Positions 48,480-61,620 of a stretch of 64,000 bases of DNA are shown one piece after another; positions within the stretch are counted from its first letter, which is position 1; each line of letters begins with the position of its first letter. The stretch covers positions 9,424,001 to 9,488,000 of the forward strand of contig JAYWIR010000001.1 in the NCBI GenBank assembly GCA_036172245.1, written 5' to 3'. Under the pieces are notes generated by a model that saw only the letters and a list, made by a program, of their open reading frames with translations, ran no database searches and had not been told where the DNA came from. Made by a program: the position numbers and the translations under genes. The stretch comes from Raillietiella orientalis. Taxonomy: Eukaryota.

Positions 48480-51400
48480 GGTTTTCTTTGAAAATTCCAA
48501 GTCGATCCACCCCAAGATGGCGTCGTGCATCAGATGAGACGCATCCCATCAGGCGACGAGGCTCGGCGACTGCGGAAACACTGCAAGTCACCCCTTCTCC
48601 CACGCTGCGGGAGCATCCTCTTCCTCCCGATCCCGGCAATGGAGCTGCGTACGTCCTCGAAGGTCACCCGCCGAGACCTGGGAAGTAGGCCAACATCGTT
48701 CGGTGTTCCCGCAGGGGGGTGGAGCCTCCCCAGGCAACTGCTGGCGCCGCTGTGTGAGGGGGCGAGGCGTATCCTCGTTTCCAGGGATTCTCGCTGCGGG
48801 GCATCCCCGTTCGGCTCCTGCGCCCGCATCCGCTCATCGGAGAGGCAGTTCGGGCCAGAGTCCTGGTGTGACCGAGGGAGCCGAGTCCCTCGGTCGAATC
48901 TCGGTTCCGGGAGCGCCCCGCGGGGCCCTCTCCACAAGGCTGGAGGGCACCAACGGTCTCCAGGATACACAGGAAGGAGGGGTGGGAAGAGGGGCGCGGC
49001 GAAGAAGCCTCCCACAGCCATCCGCTCGGGGAGCAGAGGTTCGACGTTCGGGTCACGCGTCTTCCAAGTAGGCGGACCAGCTCTTCCCCGGGAGAACGAG
49101 CCCCTGGAAACTTAGGGCCCCTCCCACGTGGGATCCCAAAGGAGACCGACCCCCTTCCATAGATAAAACCGATGCCACGGCCTGATCTGGATTTTAGCCT
49201 GCCCACCCGAACTCCGGCGCTCCCGCGCGTGGCCCTGGAGGGTGCTTCGAGAGCCGCTGCTGCTGGGGGTGCGCGCCGGGAGCAGGTCGTTGGCGTAGGC
49301 CGCCACGAGAAGCAGGACGGGAGACGGCGGGAGTCAAAGGGCATGCCGAAGAGTACTGGGGGCAGGTCATCTCGCTGCCCACTTCCCCGCCCCACCGCGA
49401 CAGACTCGGCCAGAGGGACCCTGTCAGCGATAGGAATCTTCGCTCGGAGCAGCGGAGGGTGCTGGCGGCCGAGGCTGCCCGAACGGTCCGGCTGAAAGGC
49501 CGGAGAGTTCCGCCCGCTGGAGAGGGCTCTCCCGGCGGGCGCAGTCGGAAGGAGATCCACTGCTACAGCCGGAACTCCTTCCGCAGGGGCAGTCCTGCGC
49601 CAACCCGCCGCGCATCTCACACTCCTCTTAAAAGCGACCGCGGCTTCTTCCTCCTCCCGCAGCTTGGACCAATGTGGACATCCGTGATTGTCCCTGGGAC
49701 TGTGTACGTCTGCTCCGGGATCCCTATAGATGCCGCCAGCTGCCCCGTCCGCGTGCTCCACGCGCTGGAGGACAACTTGACCCTTGTGCTGGCGGCGCGC
49801 GATAGGGCAACGAGGGAGGTCCACGCCTCTTCCTCGTCTGCACCCGGCGAGGCCCTCGCTGCGGACCCTCCGACGGTGGGCGAGAGCGACCACCTCGCAC
49901 CGGTCACGCGGAGATCATCACCGCCGTCACCCCGCGGACAGTCACCCCGAGGCAAACCCCACACCCCACGGTCCCGGCGGGCAGGTAGCACCCTTCCGCG
50001 AGAGGCTGGTCTTCCGGGTTCGGCGCGCCTGCGGCTGCCCGCAGTCGGGTTAGCCTCTCCGCCGACGCGCGGCGTCCCGCGAGTAGTCCGGCTGTCCTCT
50101 CCCAGGGAGGATACGGAGGAGAAGAGGGCGCCCCTGTCCTCCAGCGAAACCCGCCGGGAGATGATGCGGATGGAGGCGCCCGCAGGGGAAGCTCGCGGGA
50201 CCTTCGGACGGATCCCGGCCTACCGCCATGTGGATGCCAGGGTCCTGCAGGAATGGCACTGTGTCCTTCCCGGGCTTTCGGATGGCCGACCCAGTCTCTT
50301 GCGGTCCTTCGTTGCGACTATCAAGGACGGTCGTGGTGGGCCGCATTGTCAGCGGGTCGTCTTCCTCGGACTTTGGGGCGGAGTTCCTGCGAGCCGACAC
50401 GAGTTCCACCCCCACCTCCCTCCTCTCTCTCACCGGATTCAGGAGGGGGAAGTTGCCGGTTATGGGTCAGGGTGACCTCCCGTTGCCCTGGGGAAGCATT
50501 GGCACCCGGTGGATAACATGTCGTCGCGACCTCCGGCCCGCCCCGGGCAGCCTGACCGTTCATCCGAAACGAACGAACCACAGCCATGGGGACAGAGAAG
50601 GGTCGACGTGATCTCAAGGGACTACCCTCGTAGGAGGAAGGACTAGGAAAGGGTGGAGGAAGGGGACAGAGAATACATAAATAGGGGACAGGATGGACCG
50701 GTTTCACGGCAGCTCGCTCGATTCCCGAGAGCTCGCAGGTCAGGACAGGGAAGGGGAGTTTTGAGTCAGTCCACCCACGATCTTTGCAAGCTTCTCCGGC
50801 ACCCCACTTTCCAGAAGAAGCCCATCCGTCCCTCTTCGCATGAGAGTGCGATGGCGCTTGCAAATGACTCTCCGGAGCATCGGCCGCACACCCTTCCGCC
50901 ATTTTGGCAGGCGCCGGGCGGAGAGGGGTCAGGGACGAGGCAATTCCCTCTCGAGGGGGGGTTTCTGGGGAGGCAGCGGAGTGTTCCGCTGAGGCGCGCT
51001 CCCGTCCCTGACCCCTGCAGCCTCCCACATCCCAGCGCCGCGAGCAGGAGCGTCTTCATAGGAGGAGGACAGGAGGCACCCTTGGTCACTATCCTCCTCC
51101 CCCTGAGGCTGGTGGTGCCGCTCCTCGTTTCGGGGAGGGAACTCCAGCCAGATGGCGGCCTGCTGGCACCGAAGAGGGGAGGACGGAGGCGTTTACTGGG
51201 AAGCGGGAGATCCGGAAGTTTCTTCCGGGGAGTCCCCAGGAACTCCATTTGTGAACTTTCGGGCGTCCTCCCTCCTTGGGCCTTCACTGACCAACGGGCG
51301 CCCGGCGACCCAGAGGCACGGCAGTCACTACCTCTCAGGCTGGGGAGCACCCTCTTCCTCCCGATCTCGGTGATAGCGACAGATGTCCTCGAAGGTCACC

Positions 51401-52700
51401 TGCCGATACTTGGGGAGTCGGCTGGCACCGTCCGGTGTCCCCACAGGGGGGAGGGGGGGAGTCTATCCAGGCGAATGCTGGCGCCACTGTGCGAGGGGGC
51501 GGGGCTCATCCTCGTTTCTAGTGACTCCCGCCGCCGTCATCCCCGTTCGGCGGGCTTCCCCTCGCGCTCCACCCCCGCCCGCGCGGGAGGACAGACCGAT
51601 GCCTGCCTTGCTCTGGGAGGGTGCGCGGGGGAGGGAGGGGAGATGCTGGAGGACATTCCACCGCCAGCCGCACTGACGGCCCGGACGGCGAACCGGAGTC
51701 TCTACCCGCTTCTCCGTGCCCTTTTCGCATCACCTTGACTCCCTGCGGGGTCACGAACCCTGAGTAGGTGGTCTGTTCCTCCTCCCGAGGGTGGCGGCGC
51801 TTGCGACCCGCCTCAGAGCCACCGATGGGCCCCCGCGCGTCCCGGCTCCGGCGAAGACAGGGTTCCGCCCCTGGGGCAGCGCCGGCAGGGGACGGAGACG
51901 CCTTGCGGCCCTCCGGGAGCCGTCAGTGGCTTTTTGGCCCGGAGGAGCTCCCCCTCAGGCCGCATGGGGATCCGGAAGGTGCAGGGGCCCGAGAAATGTC
52001 CAGCGTCGCACACCGCGAGAGGATGCGCCCTTCTTCCGTCACCGCTCCCTACCCAGCTGAGGGACTTCTCGTGGCTGCAGGTGAGGGGAGAATCCGTGGC
52101 CCTTTCAGAGGCTACCTGACGCAGAAGCGGTCTCCCCCCATTCCGCACCTGTTGGATCGAGAGGGGGACGCCCCCCCGGACTGAATTCCCTCTCTTCTCC
52201 TCCTCAGTCCCCTCGGCGCGGCGGAACTTGGGAGCCGACGCTCCCCGCGTCTGGGAGGACGCGCGAGGTGCTCTCGCCCTGCTCCCGGTAGTCGCATTCC
52301 GGAGGAACGATCTTTGACCTCGCCTCTCCCTCGGGAGGAAACCGCACCCCATCCTGCCATCCTGGGGTGGCCGAGCTAGGGGAACGCCTCTGATGTTGCT
52401 CGCGGTCCCCTGCCGGAAGGTGGGCGCGTGAAGCGCACCTTGGCGGCCGTCCCTTCTCGGCCCGATCTCACGGAAACCTCCCCCCGCGATTCCCGGGAGG
52501 CGACGAGCGACCACCTCGCACCGGTCGCGCATGGGTCATCTCCATCTTCAGCTCGCGGGAGGTCTCCCAGAGTCAGACCCCATGTGCCGCGGTTCGGGCG
52601 GCACCCCGCCCGCTTCCACGGGGAAGATGACCGAACAGGGCAGCTCGCGCCCCAGCGCCCCCATCTTCCCGACAGCTCTCCCGACCCCCCAGTGGATGCA
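48480..52700 (-). mobile_element. Two tandem, diverged GC-rich LINE remnants (gag-like ORF1 and start of an APE domain; Jockey/R1-like assignment tentative)
   Basis: 48590-48810 aligns by eye with 51340-51550 (shared GTCCTCGAAGGTCACC, TGCTGGCGCC.CTGTG.GAGGGGGCG, ATCCTCGTTTC); the 22-mer GAGCGACCACCTCGCACCGGTC occurs at ~49884 and ~52505. Minus-strand translation shows decayed Cys/His knuckles and an LETR..DR-like APE start. Confidence 0.5.
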
Positions 52701-53807
52701 TGTCTCAGACCCGTCCCTACACTGGCGCAGGGCATTCCTCGAGGCGTTCCCGGCGGGGCTGCCCAGGAGGGACGCGGAGGGAGGTCGCTCGAGGCGACGG
52801 AAGGGGAGGGGAGGCAAGGAGGAGGAAACTCTTCCGGGGACCGACTGAGAGGGTCGCCGGACGTCGCTGCGCCTCGTCCTCGTCCGGCGACCGCCATCTT
52901 CCTCGCTCATCCCCACGGGACGCCGCCCTCCCGGATGAGGCGTCTGTCCGGGGTGCGCACGCCCTCTCGCGTGAGGCGACGCCCGCCCGCCCGCCCGCGC
53001 ACTCCCGGCCAGAAGTCGCTCGCATGGCCTCCTTCGCTCGATCGCGAAGCGACGTGACCCTCTTCTCGCTGGCGCGCGCGCCCGCGGGCGTCCCCCGCCT
53101 CCTCTTCTCATCCGGGTCTCCTCTTCCTCCTCCTCCTCCCCCCTCCTCGCTTTCCTCGTCGCTCGAGGGAAAGGGTCGAGCCAGCAGCGGAGGCCCTGCG
53201 GCTCCACGGGACGGATGCCCTTGGGCCGGTGTCGGGGCTGCGCACGTTCAGTTCTGCGGTCGTCGCGGAGAGAAACCGGAAGCTGCACGCTCGCCTGGTT
53301 GGGGTGGCTCCGGTGGCGCAGGAGAAACGACCCTTGGGAGGTTGCCGCCACCACCGCTAGGCAGCGGCGGAGGGTCGCTCCCTTTCCTCCGCGGACGCCT
53401 CCTCCCCGCGCGCGGAGCAACGGGTTGCTACAGGGCGACCCGTTGCCGCGCGAGCGGGCGGCAGCGCCATCGCTCCGCTCCTCGACGCGCGCGCCACCTT
53501 CCGCGTGCGGACGCGGGGTTTCTAGGCAGGAAAGAAAGAGGCGAGCGCCGCCTCACATCCGCCCTGATTGGCCTGCTTACGCACTTCCGTCCGGTTGCCA
53601 CGGGGCCCTTTGTCGACGCGGGCGCGCGCGGGGCGCCTTTCTAGAGAGCGGCCCGCGTGGCGAGCGGCGGGAGGAATGCGGCGGCGGCCGGGCTAGCGCA
53701 GCGCCGCCGCCTTTCTCCGGCAGTCAGTCGCCCGTCAAATGGCGTCTCCTGTTGTTTCCGAGTGCGTCGCTTCCGCTGGCTGGACGCTCGCGAAGTTTCC
53801 CTCGGCT

Positions 53808-53839
<32 letters not shown>

Positions 53840-53856
53840 TGGTGGTGGTGGTGGTG
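53808..53856. repeat. Compound (GGTGGC)n/(GGT)n microsatellite
   Basis: Directly visible; lies in a CpG-rich stretch ~350 nt upstream of the serpin ATG. Confidence 0.9.
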
Positions 53857-54206
53857 CAGGGGTCGACCCTCCCCCCTCCCATCCCGCTCGCTCTTGCTCC
53901 GACCGTGTGTGTGCATTCGAGTGAGATGGTGGGTCCCTCCCTCCCCTCCGGTTCTGCTGCCCAGGGTGTGTTGCTGCGCGCGTGTGGTAGCAGCAGGAGT
54001 TTCTGGAGGGCTGCTCTCGCCGACCCCGAGTTGCGAAGAAGCACACTGTGTTGTTGTTGTTTCTCCTTTTTTTTTTAAAAAAAAAGAAAAAAATGTCTTC
54101 TGCATCTCCTGATTGCTTTTTTCCAGCATCTTTCACGTAGCATGACATAAGCAAATCGTTCTGAAAAGAGAAACGAAAAGAAAAAAAAAAAAGAAACAAA
54201 AGAAAG

Positions 54207-55719
54207 ATGCAGATTTTGTTCGCATCCGTGCTTATCTGCTCATCCGTTTTGCAAGCGATTCATGGTCAGTGTTTATCGGAGGATGACTCGCTACCTTTGA
54301 ATATCGATCCGCACATAATGAACTCCTTGAATGACGCAGCTTTTAATTTTAGTGTTAAATATTTTAAAGTACTAGTTGACAGTGTTGGCAGATCTTCGAG
54401 CGCGCATGTCAAAGGCAACGTGTTCGGGTCGCCGTACAGCGTCTGGCAGTCGCTGGTTCTGTGCTACTTCGGGTCGGAGGCTGAGACCGAGGAAGAGCTG
54501 TCCGAGGTTCTGGGCACGCGGGAACTCGGAAAGCTCTGGACCCTGGGCGGATTCAAGCTGAACAACTTCCTCTTCCAAGTGAGGGCGAGGAACGCGTCCG
54601 CGAGTCTGCTGAGGGTAAGCGTGCGCGCGAAGGGGGCTTCGGCCCACCGCCGGAAGCCCACCGTTTTGTCCCCCCTCCTCCCCACACCGTCCAGATCGCC
54701 AACCGCGTGTACTTCGACTCCCGCGAGCCGGTGCGGGAATGCATGAAACCTTTCTTGCAAGACGACGCCCAGGTGCTGGATTTCCTCACTTCGACGGAAG
54801 AATCGCGCGAGTTGATCAACTCGTGGGTGTCTGAGGTGACGTACAGGAGGATACCCGAGCTCCTGCCCGCCGACCTACTGAAGCCGAGTACCCGTGTCGT
54901 CCTGGTAAACGGAAGAACCGTCCTTGCCCCAAAGTCAGCTCCCGGCTCCCCGATCAGGTGAACGCCGCGTACTTCAAGGGTAAATGGCAGTCGAGATTCA
55001 AGACTGGCGACACAACTAAAGAACTTTTCTACGTCTCCCCGAACGAGATCGTCTATGTGGACATGATGACGCAGAAGGGCACGTTTGCAAATGGTGACAC
55101 TTTTTCCCCGACTTCTCTCCAGCTTTACCCAGAGATTCCCAGGTCTTTCGGAGGACTTGAATTCGGCGGTGCTGCAGCTGCCATACGAAGGGGACATCAG
55201 CATGTTCATCTTTCTTCCCTTTTACATCGATAACAGTCTGGAGACACTCATTTCCCGCATGACTCCGGAACGTATAAGGGAAGCGATAGACACGGTCCAG
55301 CCCTCGCAGCTCACAGTTTCCATACCCAAGTTCAAGATGGAGCAGACGCTGGATTTGACGCAAGTAACTTTTTCGCGTTTGGCTGCCGGTTGTTTTGAAG
55401 CGGCGCGTTGCCTGCTTTCCAGTCTCTGAAAGCGATGAACATCACGAGGTTATTCGATCCGTCCCTGGCAAATCTGTCGGGATTCTCCGAAAAGCCCGGA
55501 TTGCACATCTCCGGTGCAGTGCACAAGTCCTTCATCTTGGTCGACGAAGAAGGTTCCGAAGCCGCAGCCGCCACCGCCCTGCTCATGTATCGCTACTCGC
55601 GAGTCCACGACCCCGATAAATTTGTTGCCAATTCTCCTTTCGTTTTCCTTATCTATGACCACGATTCTAACGTACCATTGTTCATGGGTGTCATCGTTAA
55701 TCCAAATAACAGAAACTGA
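54207..55719 (+). CDS. Secreted inhibitory-type serpin (serpin-6/Spn88Ea-like), 5 exons
   Basis: Exons 54207-54614, 54695-54904, 54958-55093, 55143-55363, 55423-55719. Signal peptide, NVFGSPYSVW, IANRVY, INSWVSEVT..I, VLVNAAYFKGKW, LQLPY, IPKFKME, VHKS, hinge EEGSEAAAAT, FVANSPFVFLIYD..LFMGVIVNP. An alternative donor at 54579 is possible. Confidence 0.93.
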
Positions 55720-57445
55720 ATTGTATTGTATATCTATCTATCTATATCTATCTGAAAAAAAAAAAAAAAATATCCAAAGTCGGTATGGAACCCTGCCTAT
55801 TGTTAATTCCTATGGATGCGTATCCGTGCAATAGTATTCCTCTCGCGTGCAAGAGCACGAGATTGCTATATCGCTACTGTTTGTGAAAATAAAATGCTTA
55901 TATGCGTTCTCCTTTTTTTTTTTTCTTTTTTTTTTTCTTTTGGGGTCCCCTACCCCCTTTTGAAGCACACCCACTCCACGAAGCACGGACGTCTCTCTCG
56001 GTCCAGGATGCTTGCAAAGTGAGCGACGATATTCTGCGAGCACATCTGTCACCGAGGGAATTTAGGGTTTTTATTGTGCTCTCGCATAAAGGTGGTGGCG
56101 AAACGTGACACGGAAACGTTCCACCGTTCGAGGCAAGTGAGCAGGAGAAAAGCGCCTTAAGGAATTCTTATGCTTGTCCTGAAAAAATAATAATAAAAGT
56201 CCAAACTGGTATTCCGTCGTATAAGGATGAACACTGGGTGCAGTGACCTAAACAGTTAATGTGTGTGCGGAGTTTGTGAAATGAATAGGCTTGGCAAAGA
56301 TGCAGTCAGCCGGAAAGCAAACACTTGCACGGTGATCACTGGTGTTCCGGGCAGCAGGGACGTTGTTGTTGTTTGCCTCCCGAATTCGTTTTCCGGAGGG
56401 GGCTGGCGCGCGGTGAGGTGGCGAGGTGTTTCCGGGATCCGTCGCGTGGGCATCCCCCCGGGGGCGGTGTGCACCATTCTGCAGCGGTGCAGCTTCCAGG
56501 AAGTTCTCCATGCTGGTGCTCGCGGGTTGTTGTGCCGTGCCGCGTTCCCTGTGATTCGTGTCCATCCGTGAACATTACCGGACGTTGGCCGGGTCGTAAA
56601 ATGTGCACAGTGTAGGTCGGGATTTCGTTGCAGGGGCGCCCCCCCCCTTCCCCTCCCCCGTCGTGTAAATTGCTTTTTCCTTCTCCATTGTTTCTTCAGG
56701 ATTCCGAGTTCCGTTAGCATCGATTTCAGAGAGTTCGGCTTGGGACTTGCGAAAAGTTTGACCAGTGAAAAGAATTCTGCAGAAAGGGGGCATCCATCTG
56801 AAAGATTAAAAAAAAAAAAAAAAAAAAAAAAAAGAAAAGGAAAAAAAAAAAAAAAAGATGGGCTCGCTGGCCAGGCGGTTTCCCGTTCGGGAACTGAATT
56901 TTGAAACCGTCTTGCAAAAGTAGGATGGAAAAAATTCGCAAACGTCGAGAGATAAAATTCGCACTTCCTGCTACGTGTGGATCGTAAATTGCTTTACAAA
57001 TTCCTGTAGTAACCGTGAGTTTTTGAAAATCTACCCACATGTCGAAAATTTAGAAAACCATTTTCCCACGGGGCAACGTTTGTGCAAAATTTTGTGGCCA
57101 AGTGGCCTCTCCGTCGAGCCCACGTGTGTCCATTTAACCAGCTTTTGCAAAAGAGTTTTCTTGAGGGGACACATTTGAGTAGAAGGAACAAATTGGGCTC
57201 AGGTGTTGACCGTTGTGTGAAGGAATGAGTGAATGAATTATTAATTTTTTGTTTTATTTATTTATTTTGTTTTTTTTTGGAAAAAAAAAAAGCAATTTTT
57301 AGACCTTAAAATTCTGTAAACGTAAGGCTGTGAAGTAAATTGAAATTTGTCTCATTTAAATTATGTGTGTTCCTAGTGTCAGTACTTTTGCCTGCCAAGG
57401 ATTTGAACTTAATTTCTGTGATATAGTTTTTACTAAATATATAGT

Positions 57446-59064
57446 ATGCAACAGTTTTGTTTACGTTGGAATAATCACCCATCAAATCTTTTGACTGTAT
57501 TTGAACACTTGAGGCAGAATGAATCGTTTGTGGATGTGACATTGGCTGTTGAAGGGCTAACAGTGAGAGCTCATAGAATGGTTTTGTCGGCATGCAGCCC
57601 ATATTTTGAAAATATCTTAATCAATAATCCTGACAAACATCCGATTGTTTTCCTTAAAGATGTGAAGTACACTGAGCTGAAAGCTTTGTTAGATTTTATG
57701 TACCAAGGAGAAGTTTCTGTGGATCAAGAAAACCTGTCAGAATTATTGAAAGTAGCTGAAAGTCTGAAAATTAAAGGCCTTACAGAAGTCCGTGAAAAGA
57801 ACTGTTCTGAGATTCGAAAAAAGTTGAATTTATTTTTGGATTGCAACTCAGCCCCACTGGTTTCTTCAAAATACCCTTCATTGTCTTCTAATCAATCCAA
57901 TCTTGTTGGTGCACAAAAACGGAAACGAGGAAGACCCCGAACTTTATCACTTTCTCAAACTGCTTCTCCTGTTCCAGTTGTAAATATGGAATATTCAGGA
58001 TTTTCAGGATCAAGTTCTTCTGTTGCTGATGGTGAAAATGCTGAATTTGTAGGGGAAAGTGGGCAAGATGAAGTTCAGGTAATTGTCAAAGATGAGGAAG
58101 AAAGCAATCCCCCAGTTGAAAGTGCTTCAGAATCCAACTGCTCACATGGCACAGAAGTGGACAAAGAAGTAAGTTACTCTTTGGAAGCATGTGCAATAAC
58201 TACTACTCTTGTTTTTTGTAGGATTTGCCTGCGAGGGATAGCTGGACTGGAGGAATAGGTAAAAAAAAAAAAAATTTGTTTGACTATAGAAAAAAAACTG
58301 TGTTGGATCATTGCATTGCAGGAAAAGATGCTGCTGATGCTGCTGATAGCAAAGTGCAGAATTTTCTCCCAGGTGAGTGCTGTGACCTAATTGGAAAAGA
58401 AATGAGTTCAAATGTTTGCATTGGTGAAGAACTTGTCTGATTCATTCAGGATTGCATTCATTATGGATGTACTGTCCTGTGTTCCTAGTATTTGCATGCA
58501 ATCTGCTTGCTTTCTGATTGAGCATTCTTTAAGGAACAGCTTGGTCACATTGGCTGTTTTGTTTCAGAGCAAGAGCTGTGGCAGGACCAGCTGCCTACAG
58601 CGCAAAGTGCGGACATGCTACTGGCTGCCAATTTCTTGAATTCTGTTGATTCCAAAGAGGTTGGCTCTTGGGAGGGTTTCCCATCCTCCAAGAAAAAACT
58701 GCTGATTCATAAAGACAGACGGACAAAATCATCCTTGAACACCCTGTTGGCCATCAACAACAATACCCTGACTAGCATCGACCAGAATGAGAATTCCTTG
58801 CCAAAAGGTGGTGATGCAGGTGGCAGCACAGTGACTCGCTTCAGCACATTGCAAGATGGCACCTATGCCTGCAAGTTATGTCACACCACCTTCACACATC
58901 CAAGCAATTTCCACCGGCACTTCATCACACGCCATCAGCGCCAGCGAAGCTTCCTTTGCCCTGTCTGCAAGAAACCTTTTAATCGCCGTGACAACATGAC
59001 CAATCATTTGCGCACTGTGCACAAACCAGCTGATGCTAGGCAAGCTTTGCACCATTCCTTCTAA
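57446..59064 (+). CDS. ttk: Tramtrack-like BTB/POZ C2H2 zinc-finger transcription factor (Ttk69-type fingers)
   Basis: Exons 57446-58168, 58222-58258, 58322-58372, 58568-59064, in phase. TTK-type BTB (QQFCLRWNNH..DVTLAVEG..AHRMVLSACSPYF..HPIV.LKDV..LLDFMY.GEVSVDQ..AESLKIKGLTEV), AT-hook KRKRGRPR, fingers CKLCHTTFTHPSNFHRHFITRH and CPVCKKPFNRRDNMTNHLRTVH, which parallel the THISNFCRHY and RKDNMTAH helices of Drosophila Ttk69. Confidence 0.9.
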
Positions 59065-59639
59065 CTGAGTAGCTCGTATCCTTTGCCTGGTCGCTACAAG
59101 TTTAAGATTCCACGGAGACTTCATCACAGCATCCAATTTCATGAAGATACTGGGCTTTAGTGCAATAGCATCAAATTACCCTTTCTCCATATTTATTGAC
59201 CAATCGGCTGGTGTTTTCTTAGCTTGCTGGCCCTGATCATCATATCATTTCTGCAAAGTTTATATGCGATTCATTCCGTTTTAAACGATTTGACCAAAGT
59301 ATTTTATTACGATACAAAAGTATTATTTCCATACTTAGAACAGTATTATTTATTTTTGTATTGCTACGTGCCATGCACGCGTAGCGAAAGGGAATGCGCG
59401 TGTTGTATATGCCTTAGCGTGGATGTTTCGTATGAATGACACAATTGATTATTTATAAAATGGAAAATGCCTGGTTAAAATTTTTATGCCAGAGTATATG
59501 ATAGTTTTTTATTATATTTATCGACAGTGTTGGATTTTTTGGTTGAAATAAAATATTTATTGTTGGGAAGTGCTCTTGGTGTGATTTGTTGGCGCGGTAA
59601 TGTGTAGCCGCCTCGAGCGTTCCCTGTGAGAGTCACGCT

Positions 59640-61620
59640 CGGTACCGGGTATGTGGATTTTCCCCGTTTTGTTCTTCCAGCAGTCATTCCGGTGCGCCAA
59701 GCAGTTCTGCGAAGGAATCTGCTTCCCAGCATTCGTTCCGGGAGTACTTGTGACCAACGATAACTCGGGATCCAGAGTCCTGAAGACAACACTTCACCTC
59801 TGTGACCTCCCCACCGTTTGCAGAACACTTCGTCATCCTATGGCATGTGATTTTCCTGTTCCTCCCCACAGGAGGAACAGGAAAACCTCACACTGCCTCT
59901 TGTGTTCCTTCAAGGTCGGGAAAGACGTAATCGGCGTGATTATACAGATGACCCCGTTTTCAGAGATCTGACAGCGGAAGAACCGCGTTCATTCTCCCCA
60001 AAAGTGTGTGTGCCTGGTAGCTTTGTGTTCACCTGCACAAAGTTGCCGTCGCCGTGTTCATTTTCGTGTCACACAGTGGAATTCGCATGGATTTGTTCAC
60101 AGCAAGCTCCAAGTGCCGTGGCGTGCATCGCTGCAGCTGACTCCAAAATGGGTTCTGCAGGGCTTCAAAGCGAATTTGTGATGTTTCAAACAGTTCGTGG
60201 GATCGAAGCTTCTAACGGATCATCAGTATTGGTCGCAACTGATGCGTTAGAAAGAATGGAGTATTTACCGAGCAGATGATTTCGGATGTCTTTCCCGACG
60301 TAGCTGTTAGTAGCGATTTTGCAATAGACTTCCGGTGTCTGTATTGGAGATCTCTGATCTTCTGTGGGTCGATGTGGGTTATCTAAACGTAGCCACATCT
60401 GCCTTCTGAGGCAATCGGCTCAGGAGCCGCGCGTTTGCCTTTAGCTGTGCGTGCCTCTGGTGCATCTGGCTGCCGGGCATCCATACCAGAGGTTCATTTT
60501 CCCAGGTTTGTGTGCCTTCTCTTATGTTGAGACCTGTTTATTGTGGTTGCTCCCTTCGATTTTTTGCAACTAAGGTAAGTTTGCATACCTCGGTGCCAAA
60601 CCGAAGCTTCTGGCTACTGAATCGTTTCGGTTTTCGCAGTGCTGCCTTGGAGGAATGGTTTCACTCTTGCTGTGAGAATGCCCCAAGATCCGAAACAAAT
60701 GCTGCCCTAGGAAGCAATTCGAGTTGTAGGTACTCTGCTTACGGAATGTCGGGGCATCCCCCCCCCCCTTTTTTTCCCTAGAATCTCATGCTTGCCTTCG
60801 TGTATGTTGGAATTCTTGAAGGCTGCTGTTGCAAACGTAGCATTCGTGTTGAAAGTTCCAAAGGATGTAATACAGTGGGAGCTTGGCAAGTCACTTTGCG
60901 CAGTTGCATGCGAGGAGAGTTTCAGATGTATGTGAATGTTAAACGGGAGTTACACACAGCGTGTCTTGCAATAGGGGAATGTCTATTCCTCTCTGTTCTT
61001 GCGAAACTGGATATCTACCAGTTACTTGGCCTACTCGACAGCGTGCATCCGAATCACCAACACGCCGTCTTAGGTGTCTCTGGGTTTCAGCGGGCACTTT
61101 GGCTTCCAGGTCCGGGGCGTTGGTCAGATCCAGGCGTAGACCCAGCCGAATTACGACCAAGTGGCGGAAGACAGATAACGAGGGCATCCTCTTTCTCAAA
61201 CTTTTCGTGGGTTGATTGGTCTTGCAGTGGGACCTCTCTTCTGATGCGACTTTGTTTCTCAGGGTTCCGAGAAGCTGTCTAAATACTATAAAATAACATA
61301 GCTGAGCTGTCGGCAGTCGTCCGTCGAGCAGTGAACGGATTCCAGCGAGAGCTTCAGGTGACCTCAGAACTAGCCAATTCGATAACCTGGCGAATTCAGA
61401 CGGGTGCGCAAGACTTGCCCGTGTGCCCACTAAGATACACAGACGTCCGTCAAGCAGGTGGCGTGCAAGAAACGGATCGGGCACTTGCCTTCCCGGACAC
61501 ACTGGTCCAGGCGCAGGGACGCTGGATCAACGAGGCGAAGCTGCTGCATCTTCGCGATCGTGGTTGCGGTGTTGTGTTGCGACGCAGCATTCCTAGGACA
61601 GCAGAAGGTCAGGTTGGCTG
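59640..61620 (+). mobile_element. Degenerate NeSL/Utopia-like element remnant (zinc-finger and RT region)
   Basis: Cys/His-rich start (SHCLLCSFKVG), RPVYCGCSLRFFATKV..NRFGF..CCEN (RT domains 1-2-like) and a decayed post-RT segment near 61330-61600. Many lesions. Confidence 0.45.

Noticed and set aside
53641-54199. Poly-His, poly-Pro, poly-Gly and poly-Trp ORFs
   Set aside because: They are translations of the (GGTGGC)n/(GGT)n microsatellite in different frames.
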